A stretch of DNA of 64,000 nucleotides from an uncultured Verrucomicrobiae bacterium (lineage in GTDB: Bacteria; Verrucomicrobiota; Verrucomicrobiia; Chthoniobacterales; Chthoniobacteraceae): contig CAWHEP010000010.1 of NCBI GenBank assembly GCA_963828525.1, positions 32,001 through 96,000 on the forward strand, in the 5' to 3' direction. A program made the translations under genes and the position numbers. Positions 9,415 through 19,216 of the stretch are shown in pieces; position 1 is the first letter of the stretch, and each line of letters begins with the position of its first letter. The notes under the pieces are model-generated. The model was not told where the DNA came from. It was given only the letters and a program-made list of their open reading frames with translations, and made no database searches.

Positions 9415-9982
9415 AATTCTCGCGTTCGCAGGCAGCAGCCGGACAGCTTCACTGAATAAGATGCTCGTCAAGATCGCCGCCGCCGGAGCTCGTGACGCGG
9501 GAGCGGAAGTCACCTTTGTCGACCTTCGTGATTTCCCTTTGCCCATCTACGACGGGGATCTCGAAGCAGAAAGCGGGTTGCCTGAAAACGCAAAAAAGGT
9601 GAAGCAGCTTCTGATCGCGCGCCATGGATTCCTCATTGCTTCGCCGGAATACAACAGCTCCATATCGGCTCTGCTGAAAAACGCCATCGACTGGGCTTCG
9701 CGTCCTGAGACAAAGGAGGAGCAGCCGCTGCTCTGCTTCCGGGGAAAGACTGTCGCGCTTATGAGCGCTTCGCCCGGCGCTCTAGGTGGTCTGCGCGGGC
9801 TTGTGCATGCGCGGTCGATCTTCGGCAACATCGGAGCGCACGTTCTTCCAGATCAGATCTCGATGCCCAAGGCTCATGAGCTTTTCGACGAAAGCGGCGC
9901 GCTAAAGGACGCCGGGAAACACAAATCCGTACAGGATCTCGGGCGTCAGTTCGTCGCTTTCACAAGGAAGCTGAGCGCCTGA
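9401..9982 (+). CDS. NADPH-dependent FMN reductase
   Basis: GSSR..SLN, ASPEYNSSI..LKNAIDW.SR, SASPGALGG.RG. Confidence 0.92.
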   Translation: METPKILAFAGSSRTASLNKMLVKIAAAGARDAGAEVTFVDLRDFPLPIYDGDLEAESGLPENAKKVKQLLIARHGFLIASPEYNSSISALLKNAIDWASRPETKEEQPLLCFRGKTVALMSASPGALGGLRGLVHARSIFGNIGAHVLPDQISMPKAHELFDESGALKDAGKHKSVQDLGRQFVAFTRKLSA

Positions 9983-12149
9983 CGAGCGGGCTCAACCCTG
10001 CGTTGCCCGCCCGGCCGCGGACTACTGTAAGAGAATAGGCAGGCAGCAGAAATCGCGCGTCCGCGGCATCCGGTTCGATCCAGTGGCGGGGTGGCTCGCT
10101 CCGCGCGGCATACCCATGCGCGCCGTCTGCATGCCACGCGTATTCCTTCGCGGAAAGCTGGCTTATCTCATAAGGCCCCTGGAGCGGAGTCTTCATCCCA
10201 TCCCGCGCCAGCCGGATGGTGACACTGTAGCTTTTCGCAGGGTCTTTGTTGATGAGCATCAGCGACCATTCGTGATCTGGGCGCAGGAGGGGGTATCCGC
10301 TCACGAGCGCATCGCCATCCGCGTCGCTCACGTTGGATTCAGCTTTGAAGGCCCAGTGCAGCCCGCCGGCCGGGACCACCCAATCGGAAGTCAGCATCCG
10401 GGCCGCGTGGTAAGTAGCGATCCGAGAGCGTATGCCACCGGATTTGTTTTGCAGGAACAGCATATTATTGCCCCATGAGTTGCAGCCATACTCATCCTGC
10501 AGATAGTTCGGCTCATAGCCATACATGTATGCTTTTTCGCCGCCCATCATGAGGAAGAGGCCCGCCGTATCGGCATTCGAGAGAGCGCCCGCCATGCTCA
10601 CTTCCGCCTCTCCCGCGAAGGCGGAATAGCCATACTCCGTCACAACGACCGGTGTCTTCCGCGACATCCCGTTTCGTCGCATGAGAGCAAATGCGTTTTT
10701 GAGCATGCCCGGCGCCTTGACGATCTGGGGCGCTGTCGGTTTCCACACATCATCGAAGGGATACCACTCGAAGGAAAGGAACCTGAAGTCATGCGCGCGG
10801 TGTCGCTCTTGCAAACAATCCAAAAATCGCCTGAGCCACCAGCCGCTCCCATACTCCCAGCCGTCGGAGTGTTTGTCATAGTCCAGCGCTACAAAGGAGG
10901 GGCCGCCCAACTCCTCCTTTGGGACGACACCATGGATCGCGTCTGCCCAGCGCATATACAGCGCGGCGTAATCCGCCGGATCAATCTTCTGTCCGTCCGG
11001 TTCTTCGCCCATTTCGATCCGCGGAACATCAAAACCCCTTGACCGAAGGAAAGAAACTTCCGCTGCCGCATTTTCAGGGGTGTCATACACAATAGGGACT
11101 GGAGCGAGAAACGGCAGGCCGCGCGTGAGTCCCGACTTCACCAGCATATCAAAACCGGGCTGCTCCACCTTGTCATCGCGATCCTTCTCCCGGTGCCATG
11201 GGTCGGTGGATGAAACGTAGATCAGGGTTTGCGCTCTGGACGCCTTATGGACGATGGCGTCCTTTAGCTCTCCTGCCTCGTCCGCCACGCCTGCTTCCAA
11301 CTCGCGGATCGCATACCCGAGCTTGTCGCGCTTATCCTCCGATTCCGCGCTCGCCAAGCTTGAACTCTGCGTCATCCAGATCCTCAAGTACTGGGCAGAA
11401 ACAGGCGTCTCCGCAAGCTGCAGCAAGGCTTCGCCGCCCGCGCCGCCTGTAAAGCGCCCATGCTGAAATGTTTGCCAGACGCCGGGAATGTGTTGGCTGT
11501 AAAAAGCCGCTTTTCCGTCCGTCGCAAACTCCACGCTAAACCGCGTCGCGAACGGTGTTCCCCACCGGATGCGCATCCCGTTGATCCGCGTCAGCTTCCC
11601 AAAATCCACCACTACCCATTGCGGGTGCCGGGCATTGTCCTCACCGGTGAAATAAGCGTCCAGATAGGGGTTGCTCTTCCAAAAGCTCGCCGGATCCCCA
11701 TCGTCGAGCCGCGAATATCCGTCATTGTTCGCCTCGTCAAGTGTGTCGCCCCGCCGGGGGAGGTGGTATCCATAGGACAGCAGGATCGGCTCATCCGAGC
11801 GGGCATCGGAAATCCAGTAACCCTGCCGCCGTTTAGGATCGCTCCACGTGCCGCGCGGGTTCCAGTGCCAGGCGTCGACAGCCAACTCGGTTCGCAACCG
11901 ATAGCTCACCGGCTGAAGGCCCGCCGTGAGCATCTCCTTCACATTTGAGCGCGAGAGCATTCTCGCTTCTTCTCCAGCTTGGTGTCCATCGATGCCGGCG
12001 CCAAGCGCGGAAGATGGAAGGAATGAATTTACCGCCGTGTCGGCGTAAATGGTGACAGTCGCAACGGAGGCGCAACGTCCCAAAGAAGCGCATAGGAGGA
12101 AAGAGAGAATACTGTAAACAGCGACGCGCACGGGACGAAGGATCATCAT
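9960..12149 (-). CDS. Secreted clan GH-A-like glycoside hydrolase with inserted discoidin (F5/8C) domain
   Basis: Signal peptide; discoidin DDGD..SFWKS..QWVVVDFG..RI.W..A.YLRI; putative acid/base EMGEEPD and nucleophile VTEYG; C-terminal beta-sandwich LINKD..LPAYSLTV. Confidence 0.7.
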   Translation of the reverse strand: MMILRPVRVAVYSILSFLLCASLGRCASVATVTIYADTAVNSFLPSSALGAGIDGHQAGEEARMLSRSNVKEMLTAGLQPVSYRLRTELAVDAWHWNPRGTWSDPKRRQGYWISDARSDEPILLSYGYHLPRRGDTLDEANNDGYSRLDDGDPASFWKSNPYLDAYFTGEDNARHPQWVVVDFGKLTRINGMRIRWGTPFATRFSVEFATDGKAAFYSQHIPGVWQTFQHGRFTGGAGGEALLQLAETPVSAQYLRIWMTQSSSLASAESEDKRDKLGYAIRELEAGVADEAGELKDAIVHKASRAQTLIYVSSTDPWHREKDRDDKVEQPGFDMLVKSGLTRGLPFLAPVPIVYDTPENAAAEVSFLRSRGFDVPRIEMGEEPDGQKIDPADYAALYMRWADAIHGVVPKEELGGPSFVALDYDKHSDGWEYGSGWWLRRFLDCLQERHRAHDFRFLSFEWYPFDDVWKPTAPQIVKAPGMLKNAFALMRRNGMSRKTPVVVTEYGYSAFAGEAEVSMAGALSNADTAGLFLMMGGEKAYMYGYEPNYLQDEYGCNSWGNNMLFLQNKSGGIRSRIATYHAARMLTSDWVVPAGGLHWAFKAESNVSDADGDALVSGYPLLRPDHEWSLMLINKDPAKSYSVTIRLARDGMKTPLQGPYEISQLSAKEYAWHADGAHGYAARSEPPRHWIEPDAADARFLLPAYSLTVVRGRAGNAGLSPLVRRSASL

Positions 12150-12274
12150 TTACCAAACTCCAAAGCGCATGTAAATAGGGCGGGATGAATGCCGTTGCCA
12201 GGCGTCTCCGCCCGCGGGGCGACGGGCGAGTGAGGTGATCCCCGCGCCGCATCTCCACCTCGCGGCAGCAGAGC

Positions 12275-12691
12275 TCATCCGGTCGTCAGGCCCAGAGCCA
12301 GCTTCAGTCTTGCGATCACAATTTCCGGCTCGGAAAGGGAGTGTTCCCAGATGCGATGCACCTTCCAGCCCCGAGCTTTCAGCAAGCCGCGAACTTCTCG
12401 GTCACGCGCTTTGTTACGCTGGATTTTCGTCTCCCAATAATCGAGGCGAGACTTGGGCATGCGGCAATGCCATCGGCAGCCGTGCCAAAAACAGCCATCT
12501 ACAAACACAGCCAATCTCTGCTTGGGAAAGACGAAATCGGGCTTCCCCCTCATCGGAACCCCGCGCCTCCAGCCAACGATTCGGGCGGAACGAAACGCGG
12601 CAACGAGCGCCAATTCCGTCGAGCGATTCCCGTGAGATCGCACGGCCGCCATCATCCGCGAGCGGACCGCCGGGCTATAAACGTCGGACAT
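12275..12691 (-). CDS. vsr: Very-short-patch repair endonuclease
   Basis: RSRMMAAVRS, GKPDFVF, FVDGCFWHG, YWETKIQRNKARD, GWKV.RIWEH. Confidence 0.93.
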   Translation of the reverse strand: MSDVYSPAVRSRMMAAVRSHGNRSTELALVAAFRSARIVGWRRGVPMRGKPDFVFPKQRLAVFVDGCFWHGCRWHCRMPKSRLDYWETKIQRNKARDREVRGLLKARGWKVHRIWEHSLSEPEIVIARLKLALGLTTG

Positions 12692-12697
12692 CTACTC

Positions 12698-13918
12698 TCA
12701 GTTATCTTCTCCGAGGCGCCCCGCCGCGCGGGCCCAGTCAGCGGCCCCTTGTCCAGCCCTCCCGCCCATGGCCAGACACCCATGGATCAGATAGCCCCCA
12801 GTTGGCGCTTCCCATCCCACCATCTCACCTGCCGCGTATAAACCCGGCGCGCGCTTGAACATGAGCATCTCGTCCAACTCATCCCACTCCACTCCGCCAG
12901 CGGATGAGATCGCCTCGGCCAGCGGTCGCGGGCGGAGAAGCCTGATCTCGCAACCCTTCACTCTCATCGCGAGCGATTCAGGGGAATCAGCGCCGGCCTC
13001 GCCGCGCCCGCTCTCGACGATGGCCCACGCCGCGTCGCTGAGCCGCCACCGGTGTTTCGCAGTGGCCGCCAACGGGCCTGCTGTGCCCGCCAGCCTCGCG
13101 ACCAATCGTTCAACACTCACGTCCGGCTTGAAATCAATCCGGATTGAAGGCGCGGCCATTTCGCGGAGCTTGGAGCCTAGCTGGTAGAGCGCGCCTCCTT
13201 CCAGTCCGTAGCGGGTGATAAGAAGCTCGCCCGCAGCGCGGGCGCCGTCCGCGCTCACAACCACGTTCTTGCAGGGCTGCCCTTCAAACACGCGCGCGTC
13301 GGCCGGCCAATCACATTCCCACCCGCAGTTGGCTGGCTCAAGCGGCGCAACCTTTATACCCAGCTTTGAAAGCGCGCCCACCCACGCGCCGTCCGATCCC
13401 GTCTCAGGCCATGAACCCCCGCCCATCGCGAGCACAACCGCATCCGCCTCAAACGCTTTATGGCCAGCCGCAGTCAGCAAGCCAAGGCTCAGCGGCGCGC
13501 CCGGCGTTATACTCACAAGCCGGCTCCGCATTTCGAAACGCGCGCCGCAATCCTTGAGCTTCCGCACCCATGCGCGTAGAAGCGGCGCCGCTTTCAGGCC
13601 CTTTGGGTAGACGCGGCCCGTCGAGGCGGCGAATGTCTCGATTCCCAGCGAAGAAGCCCAGGCCCGGAGCGCGTCCGTATCAAACTCTTGGAGCAAACTG
13701 TTCCACCGCGCCAACCCCGCTTCCGAACGGGAATAGCGAGTGGCCATTGTCTCAGCAGTCCCGATAGCGCTTAAATTCAGTCCTCCCCTCCCAGCTACAA
13801 GGAACTTGCGGCCTGGCGACGGCTTCGCGTCAAATAGGGTGACGCTGGCGCCATGCGCCACCGCGACTTCTGCGGCCCGCAGGCCCGCCGGTCCCGCGCC
13901 AATCACCGCGACATTCAT
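12698..13918 (-). CDS. HI0933/BaiN-family flavoprotein
   Basis: [61 protein letters not shown] 13918 overlaps the upstream stop. Confidence 0.92.
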   Translation of the reverse strand: MNVAVIGAGPAGLRAAEVAVAHGASVTLFDAKPSPGRKFLVAGRGGLNLSAIGTAETMATRYSRSEAGLARWNSLLQEFDTDALRAWASSLGIETFAASTGRVYPKGLKAAPLLRAWVRKLKDCGARFEMRSRLVSITPGAPLSLGLLTAAGHKAFEADAVVLAMGGGSWPETGSDGAWVGALSKLGIKVAPLEPANCGWECDWPADARVFEGQPCKNVVVSADGARAAGELLITRYGLEGGALYQLGSKLREMAAPSIRIDFKPDVSVERLVARLAGTAGPLAATAKHRWRLSDAAWAIVESGRGEAGADSPESLAMRVKGCEIRLLRPRPLAEAISSAGGVEWDELDEMLMFKRAPGLYAAGEMVGWEAPTGGYLIHGCLAMGGRAGQGAADWARAAGRLGEDN

Positions 13919-15315
13919 GCGGAAGGGGCGCGCAGGGGCAGGGTGACAAGAAAAGTGGATCCTTCTCCCGGGGTGCTTTGTGCTTCGACATGGCCACCAT
14001 GCGCTTCCACCACGGCTTTTACGAGGCTGAGCCCGAGGCCCAAACCCCGCTGCGCGCGACTCTTGTCCCCGCGGTAAAGCCGATTCCATATTCGCGGCTG
14101 TTCTGCCGCCGGGATGCCAATGCCGGTGTCCGTCACCGTGATGCGCGCGCTTCCATCCAGAGCGCGGCAAGCGATCGTCACCGTGCCGCCGGAGCCAGTA
14201 TATTTTACCGCGTTATCCACGAGGTTTGCGAACGCCTGCCGCATCCGGGTAGGATCGATCTCGGCCTCGCAGCCGTTCTCTAAATCCGTCTTTAAAAGAA
14301 CGCCCTTCTCATCGGCCACGAAAGAATACATCTCGGCTACCTCGCTAAGGAGGGTAGCCAGCGAGGTGTTCGCGCGATGGAGCGTCATCATACCCGATTC
14401 CGCTTCTGTAACGTCCATGAGCACGTTCAGCATCGTCAGCACGCGGTCGGATTCCTCCACGCAGTCCGCGAGCGCCTCTTTGGAGTCCCCGGCTTCATCG
14501 GCCTGTAATGCGCTCTCCGCCGACGCGCGAAGCCGGGTGAGCGGCGTTCTGAGGTCATGCGCCACATTATCCAACGCCTCGCGCATGGCGCGAATCAGAT
14601 CCTGGTTCTTGTCGAGCACCCGGTTGAATTGCCGCGCCAGGTCGGCGAGTTCGGTGGCTTCGTGGCTTTCGGGCACCCGCTCCGCGAGGTTGCCGGTGCT
14701 GACGATGCTTCGAGCTGTTCTCAGCACCTCGCGCACGGGCGAGATGGCTCGATGAGCAACCATTGCGCCTCCTCCTAAACCAAGAAGCAATGCCGGCCCC
14801 ATCACGACAAGAAATGCCAGCATGAATGGCCGCAAGATCGTCTCCCGCCTGTTTGTGCTCCGCCCCACTTGCAGTACGGAGCCATCTCCAAGAGGCATCG
14901 AAGCGATCATGAAGTCGCTCCGCTCGTCTTGCGGGATGCGCAGCCATGCCATTTGCGAGACCCGCTCGATGTTCGCCGCGGGTTCATTCTCAAAATGAAC
15001 CCATTCCGACGGAGCCGCTATGAAGAGCACACTCCCAAGAGGCCCCATCACGCGGACGAAGAATGACCCTTTCCCCGCCTCGGCGTGGTGAACCAGCGAA
15101 CTCAGGGCAGGCAACCCGTTGTTCTCGTACACAGCAGCGCACTCCTTCAGTCGCGCCGTGATGATTTCTCGTTCGCTTCGCTCGAAGAGCGATCCCATCA
15201 GCAAATAGAGCAGCGCGAAAAGGAGCGCGGTGCTGATCGTGAACGCGCCCGCGTACCAAAGGCTCAGGCGGAAGCCGAAGCTCGACCACAGTCGCTCAAG
15301 CTTTTCTGAGAACAT
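13915..15315 (-). CDS. Membrane sensor histidine kinase (HAMP-HisKA-HATPase)
   Basis: Two TM helices, HAMP, H-box [30 protein letters not shown]. Confidence 0.95.
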   Translation of the reverse strand: MFSEKLERLWSSFGFRLSLWYAGAFTISTALLFALLYLLMGSLFERSEREIITARLKECAAVYENNGLPALSSLVHHAEAGKGSFFVRVMGPLGSVLFIAAPSEWVHFENEPAANIERVSQMAWLRIPQDERSDFMIASMPLGDGSVLQVGRSTNRRETILRPFMLAFLVVMGPALLLGLGGGAMVAHRAISPVREVLRTARSIVSTGNLAERVPESHEATELADLARQFNRVLDKNQDLIRAMREALDNVAHDLRTPLTRLRASAESALQADEAGDSKEALADCVEESDRVLTMLNVLMDVTEAESGMMTLHRANTSLATLLSEVAEMYSFVADEKGVLLKTDLENGCEAEIDPTRMRQAFANLVDNAVKYTGSGGTVTIACRALDGSARITVTDTGIGIPAAEQPRIWNRLYRGDKSRAQRGLGLGLSLVKAVVEAHGGHVEAQSTPGEGSTFLVTLPLRAPSA

Positions 15316-15971
15316 ATCCCACCCCTCTTATTGTCTGAATCAACTTCTCCGGGAAGTCCTTATCCACCTTCGAGCGGAGCCGATGCACCAGCACATCCAC
15401 CAGATTTGTTTGGGGATCGAACCCGAAATCCCAGATATGCTCCAGTATCATCGTTTTCGTAACCGGACGTCCGGCATGGCGGAGCAGCAGTTCCAGCAGG
15501 CCGAACTCACGTGGTTGCAGATCGATCTTCTTTCCGTCGCGGAGAACTTCCCGTGAAAAAATGTCCATCTTCAAATCGCCGACGGCCAGGTGTGAAGGCT
15601 CCGCAGCGTGAGTCGCCCGGCGAATGAGCGCCTGCACGCGGGCGAGCAGTTCGGAAAACGCGAATGGCTTCGTCAGGTAATCGTCTCCTCCTGACTGCAA
15701 GCCCAGCACGCGATCATCCACGCTCGCTCGCGCGCTCAGGATGAGGACGGGAGCGCTCACCTTTTTCCGGCGCAACTGTCTCAGCAGCGAAAGTCCATCC
15801 AGCTTCGGCAGCATAAGATCCAGCACAGCCGCGTCGTAGGTGACGGACAGGGCGTAATCGAGACCCTGCTCTCCGTCTCGCCGCGTGATCCACCGCAAAC
15901 CCATTTTGTTTAAGCCCGTTGACGATGAACGAAGCGATCTTCAGATCATCTTCGACGAGAAGAATGCGCAT
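15296..15971 (-). CDS. OmpR-family response regulator (one frameshift near 15890)
   Basis: ORF 15714-15971 gives [18 protein letters not shown] 15296-15904 gives [14 protein letters not shown] and the winged helix IQTIRGVGY. Confidence 0.9.
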
Positions 15972-16078
15972 AAAATCTTATAGCCCCATCCTGTGCCGCG
16001 CGCTCTCCTCTTATCCAGTGGAAAACCCTCCCGTCCGTCAAAACGGATCGGGAGGGCCCATCCCACTGCCAAACAAAA

Positions 16079-17566
16079 TCAGCCGTTGCTCTCTTCAACA
16101 CTCAGATACCTGCTTCCCTCCCGGCTCCATACCTTCACCAGCGTCTGACCTCCCGTCGCGCGCTCGGTATCCGCGATCGCGTCCTTGGCGCTTTCCACTG
16201 GCTGCCGGTTGATCTCCGTTATCACGTCGCCAGGGCGCAACCCAGCTTCCGAGGCCGGTGAGTCTTGCGCGACATCTGTGATCAACGCGCCGCGCACGCT
16301 GGACGGTATTCCCGCGCCCGCCCGCGCGTTCTGATCTATGTCGGCTACAGCCACCCCGGCCAGAGCCTCGCGCTGCCCGTGTTCTTTTGGTTGCGCGGAG
16401 GCGACGCCTTGCTCCGTAAGCCGCCCCAGCGTGATCTCGATTGTCTTCAACTCCCCGTTGCGCAGCACCTGCGCGGAGATCTTCGTTCCAGGCGCGGCTT
16501 CTGCCACAAGCAGCTTCAACTGGCTCGCGTCTCTCACAGCCTGCCCGTTAAACTCGCGGATTACATCTCCACTCTTCAGACCGGCGCTTTCTGCGGCCCC
16601 GCCGGGACGCACATCCGACACCAGCGCGCCATTCATCTTGTCCAGCTTGAATGCCTTCGCCAGCTCGGGATTGATGGTTTGTATGTTGATTCCGAGAAAG
16701 CCTCGCTCGACCTTCCCGCTCTTCACGAGACTCGCTGTCACCCACCGGCAGATATTGGAAGGCACCGCGAATCCGATACCCTGGTTGCCGCCGCTATGGC
16801 TGAGTATTGCGGTGTTAATGCCAACGAGCCGCCCGTCCGTATCTACAAGCGCCCCACCGGAATTCCCCGGATTGATCGCCGCGTCCGTCTGGATGAAGTC
16901 CTCATCCATGCTGCCGGATGTCACACGATCCTTCGCGCTCACGATGCCCTCAGTGACCGTCTGTCCAATGCCGAAAGGGTTTCCGACGGCGAGAACCACA
17001 TCACCCACAGCGACAGCGTCACTATCCGCCAGCGTAAGCGCCGGAAGATTTTCGACATTGATTTTGACCAGGGCGATGTCCGTCTTCGGATCCCGCCCGA
17101 TCACTTCGGCGGGAAACTGCCGCCCATCGGCAAGCGCGACGCGTATCTCCGTTGCTCCATCCACGACGTGATTGTTTGTGAGGATATAACCGCTCGGAGA
17201 GATGATGACGCCTGAGCCAAGGCCATGCTGCCGGGGCGAAGTCTCATTGCCTCCTTGGGAATTATCTCCGAAGAAATGCCGGAACAGGTCTGCTTCCTCC
17301 CCAGACACCTCCCTCCGGGAGTTTTTGGACGTGACGAATACCTCAACTACACTGGGAGCGACTTTTTGCACAATCGGCGCAAAGCTGCCAGCGGGGGTTC
17401 GCCCCCGGTCCACAGAGCCATGTTCGACTTTCAGGTCGAGGGGGCTCCGCGCGGTCGCGCCCGGCATCGCCCCGGCGTACGAAATTCCCGCGATCAATGC
17501 GGCAGCCCCTGCTATCGCAAGGGCGGGTTTGTTGAAGTGTTGTTTGTGAATAGGGTCATTGTTCAT
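16079..17566 (-). CDS. degP: DegP/HtrA serine protease with two PDZ domains
   Basis: GSGVII, LTNNHVV, DIAL, IQTDAAINPGNSGG, two PDZ domains. Confidence 0.93.
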   Translation of the reverse strand: MNNDPIHKQHFNKPALAIAGAAALIAGISYAGAMPGATARSPLDLKVEHGSVDRGRTPAGSFAPIVQKVAPSVVEVFVTSKNSRREVSGEEADLFRHFFGDNSQGGNETSPRQHGLGSGVIISPSGYILTNNHVVDGATEIRVALADGRQFPAEVIGRDPKTDIALVKINVENLPALTLADSDAVAVGDVVLAVGNPFGIGQTVTEGIVSAKDRVTSGSMDEDFIQTDAAINPGNSGGALVDTDGRLVGINTAILSHSGGNQGIGFAVPSNICRWVTASLVKSGKVERGFLGINIQTINPELAKAFKLDKMNGALVSDVRPGGAAESAGLKSGDVIREFNGQAVRDASQLKLLVAEAAPGTKISAQVLRNGELKTIEITLGRLTEQGVASAQPKEHGQREALAGVAVADIDQNARAGAGIPSSVRGALITDVAQDSPASEAGLRPGDVITEINRQPVESAKDAIADTERATGGQTLVKVWSREGSRYLSVEESNG

Positions 17567-17641
17567 GCCCGCAAATTCACCCGCCTCGACCCGCCATTCC
17601 CTTACCTGAAGATTACAAATCAGCAAGGATGCCTACCTTAT

Positions 17642-18328
17642 TCAGCGCGTATGCCCTCCAGGCCAGCCGGTGTGTCGCTGATGATTCCAGGAGTATCCCC
17701 AGGCCCATCCCGCGAACCCCACCAGGAAAGCTACTGCCGTGTACGTAAAGGCCTGCCTTGGCACGAAAGCCTGTATCCCGAGAATCCCCACTGATCCAAA
17801 CACCATGATTCGCCCACCCGCGCGGTGTGTAGCTCGCCAGGTGTCATTATTGCGCAGCGTCCAGGGTGTGCGTATGCCCACAAAGTAATTGGGACGCAGA
17901 TTCCCCATATAGTTTCCCACCACCATCAACAAGATCAGGCACCCGTTTAGCGCGAACCAATCCATCCGCACGGGGTATCCTCGCGCAATCGCCATCTGCG
18001 CCCAGAACATCCCTGCCATAAAGGCCAGCATCGCAACCCGGACTATCCCCAGTTGCCTGGCACTCTGCCCAGTCTCCCCGCCCCGAGCCAGTCGCATCTT
18101 GGGATCAATCCGCGGAAGGAATCGGAGCAATGCCCACACCAGCGCGTTTGCTACGGGCAATAGCAAAAGCCCAAGTGACCTCGACGCCCAGCCATCGATT
18201 CTGCCATGTAAATTCCAGTGAATCGGAATGCGCGATGGGAACTTATCCCACTGCGCCGCCACGAAGATGAATGGTGTCACGAGCAGCATCATCTCCAGCC
18301 ACTCCCCTCTTGTATTTTTTGATCTCAT
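17642..18328 (-). CDS. sdpI: SdpI-family membrane immunity protein (DUF1648 + SdpI)
   Basis: IPIHWNLHG.IDGW, PRIDP, GNY....PNYFVGIRTPWTL....W..THR.GG. Confidence 0.88.
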   Translation of the reverse strand: MRSKNTRGEWLEMMLLVTPFIFVAAQWDKFPSRIPIHWNLHGRIDGWASRSLGLLLLPVANALVWALLRFLPRIDPKMRLARGGETGQSARQLGIVRVAMLAFMAGMFWAQMAIARGYPVRMDWFALNGCLILLMVVGNYMGNLRPNYFVGIRTPWTLRNNDTWRATHRAGGRIMVFGSVGILGIQAFVPRQAFTYTAVAFLVGFAGWAWGYSWNHQRHTGWPGGHTR

Positions 18329-18596
18329 TTTGCTTTTTCCCTTTGTTTAAAAGACCCAAAATCCAACCCAGAGATTCGTCCAGCACCGTCGTCTCCAGGG
18401 AATACGTCACAAACTGGCCCTGTTTTCGTGATGACACCAAGCCAGCGCGCCTGAGCAGGCTTAGGTGGTAGGAAATGCTTGGCGCGCTCATCGAAAATGC
18501 CTTCCCGATCTCTCCCGCCGTAAGGTCGCGGTCCCGAAGCAGGTCGAGGATGTGTCGGCGGCTTTCATCCTGGAGAGCCTTAAAAAGAAGGTTCAC
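18243..18596 (-). CDS. sdpR: ArsR-family repressor (SdpR-like)
   Basis: FKAL.D..RR.IL.LL...DLTAGEI...F.MS.PSIS.HL..L..AGLV...KQGQFV.YSL.TTV; lies directly upstream of sdpI. Confidence 0.85.
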   Translation of the reverse strand: MNLLFKALQDESRRHILDLLRDRDLTAGEIGKAFSMSAPSISYHLSLLRRAGLVSSRKQGQFVTYSLETTVLDESLGWILGLLNKGKKQNEIKKYKRGVAGDDAARDTIHLRGGAVG

Positions 18597-18605
18597 TTCT
18601 TACAC

Positions 18606-18625
18606 AATTAGACAACTATCTAATT
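18606..18625. promoter_or_regulatory. Probable SdpR operator, perfect 7-6-7 inverted repeat overlapping the promoter
   Basis: AATTAGA-caacta-TCTAATT about 10 bp upstream of the sdpR GTG; minus-strand TTGACT (-35-like) at 18627-18632. Confidence 0.7.
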
Positions 18626-18681
18626 AAGTCAAGCTGCTTATCCGCATCTCCGATACCCTGTGTTGGTCCCCCGGCCTTTTA

Positions 18682-19122
18682 TCAGTGCTTTGACGCGAAC
18701 ACCTCATCCGACCGGCGAAGACGCCGCGAAAGGTCGCGCGCGATATTGAGGATCAGGATGCTGTACTGCGCTGGCATCGCCTTATACAGGTGGTGAAAGG
18801 CGAAACAGGAAAAACTGACCGTCGTCGCATCGGTTACCGCCTCCACCGTCGCGATCCGCGGCAGCGTCTCCAGGATGCACATTTCCCCAAAAAAATCCTT
18901 TGGTCCGAATACGACCAATTCAACAGAGGTCTCCTTCCCAAAGTCTTTCACCACCCGCACACGCCCGCTTTCAACGATGAACATCCGATTGCCGGTCTCT
19001 CCCTCACGCACAATGAGACTGCCCGCAGCGAAGGACTCTCTCTTGGCCTGCTCCAGCAGCAGGTCCAACGCTTCAGGCTGCAGCCCCGCAAAGATGGGCA
19101 CGCCCTCAATCTCCCAATGCAT
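18682..19122 (-). CDS. Stand-alone cyclic-nucleotide-binding domain protein
   Basis: IVREGETG..MFIV.SG.V, FFGEM, PR.ATV.A; no HTH. Confidence 0.88.
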   Translation of the reverse strand: MHWEIEGVPIFAGLQPEALDLLLEQAKRESFAAGSLIVREGETGNRMFIVESGRVRVVKDFGKETSVELVVFGPKDFFGEMCILETLPRIATVEAVTDATTVSFSCFAFHHLYKAMPAQYSILILNIARDLSRRLRRSDEVFASKH

Positions 19123-19216
19123 GATCCACTTCTATCGCTGACGAAGAAGAAGCGCAATCCACACCGCAACCTCGAATCAGGTGATTGGGAATGCGATCTG
19201 CTGTGAGTTGCGGTGG

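Noticed and set aside
18243..18328. 86-nt overlap of the sdpR tail with sdpI as a functional overlapping gene
   Set aside because: ArsR homology ends before the overlap, and the A/T homopolymer runs there make an indel or neutral read-through likely.
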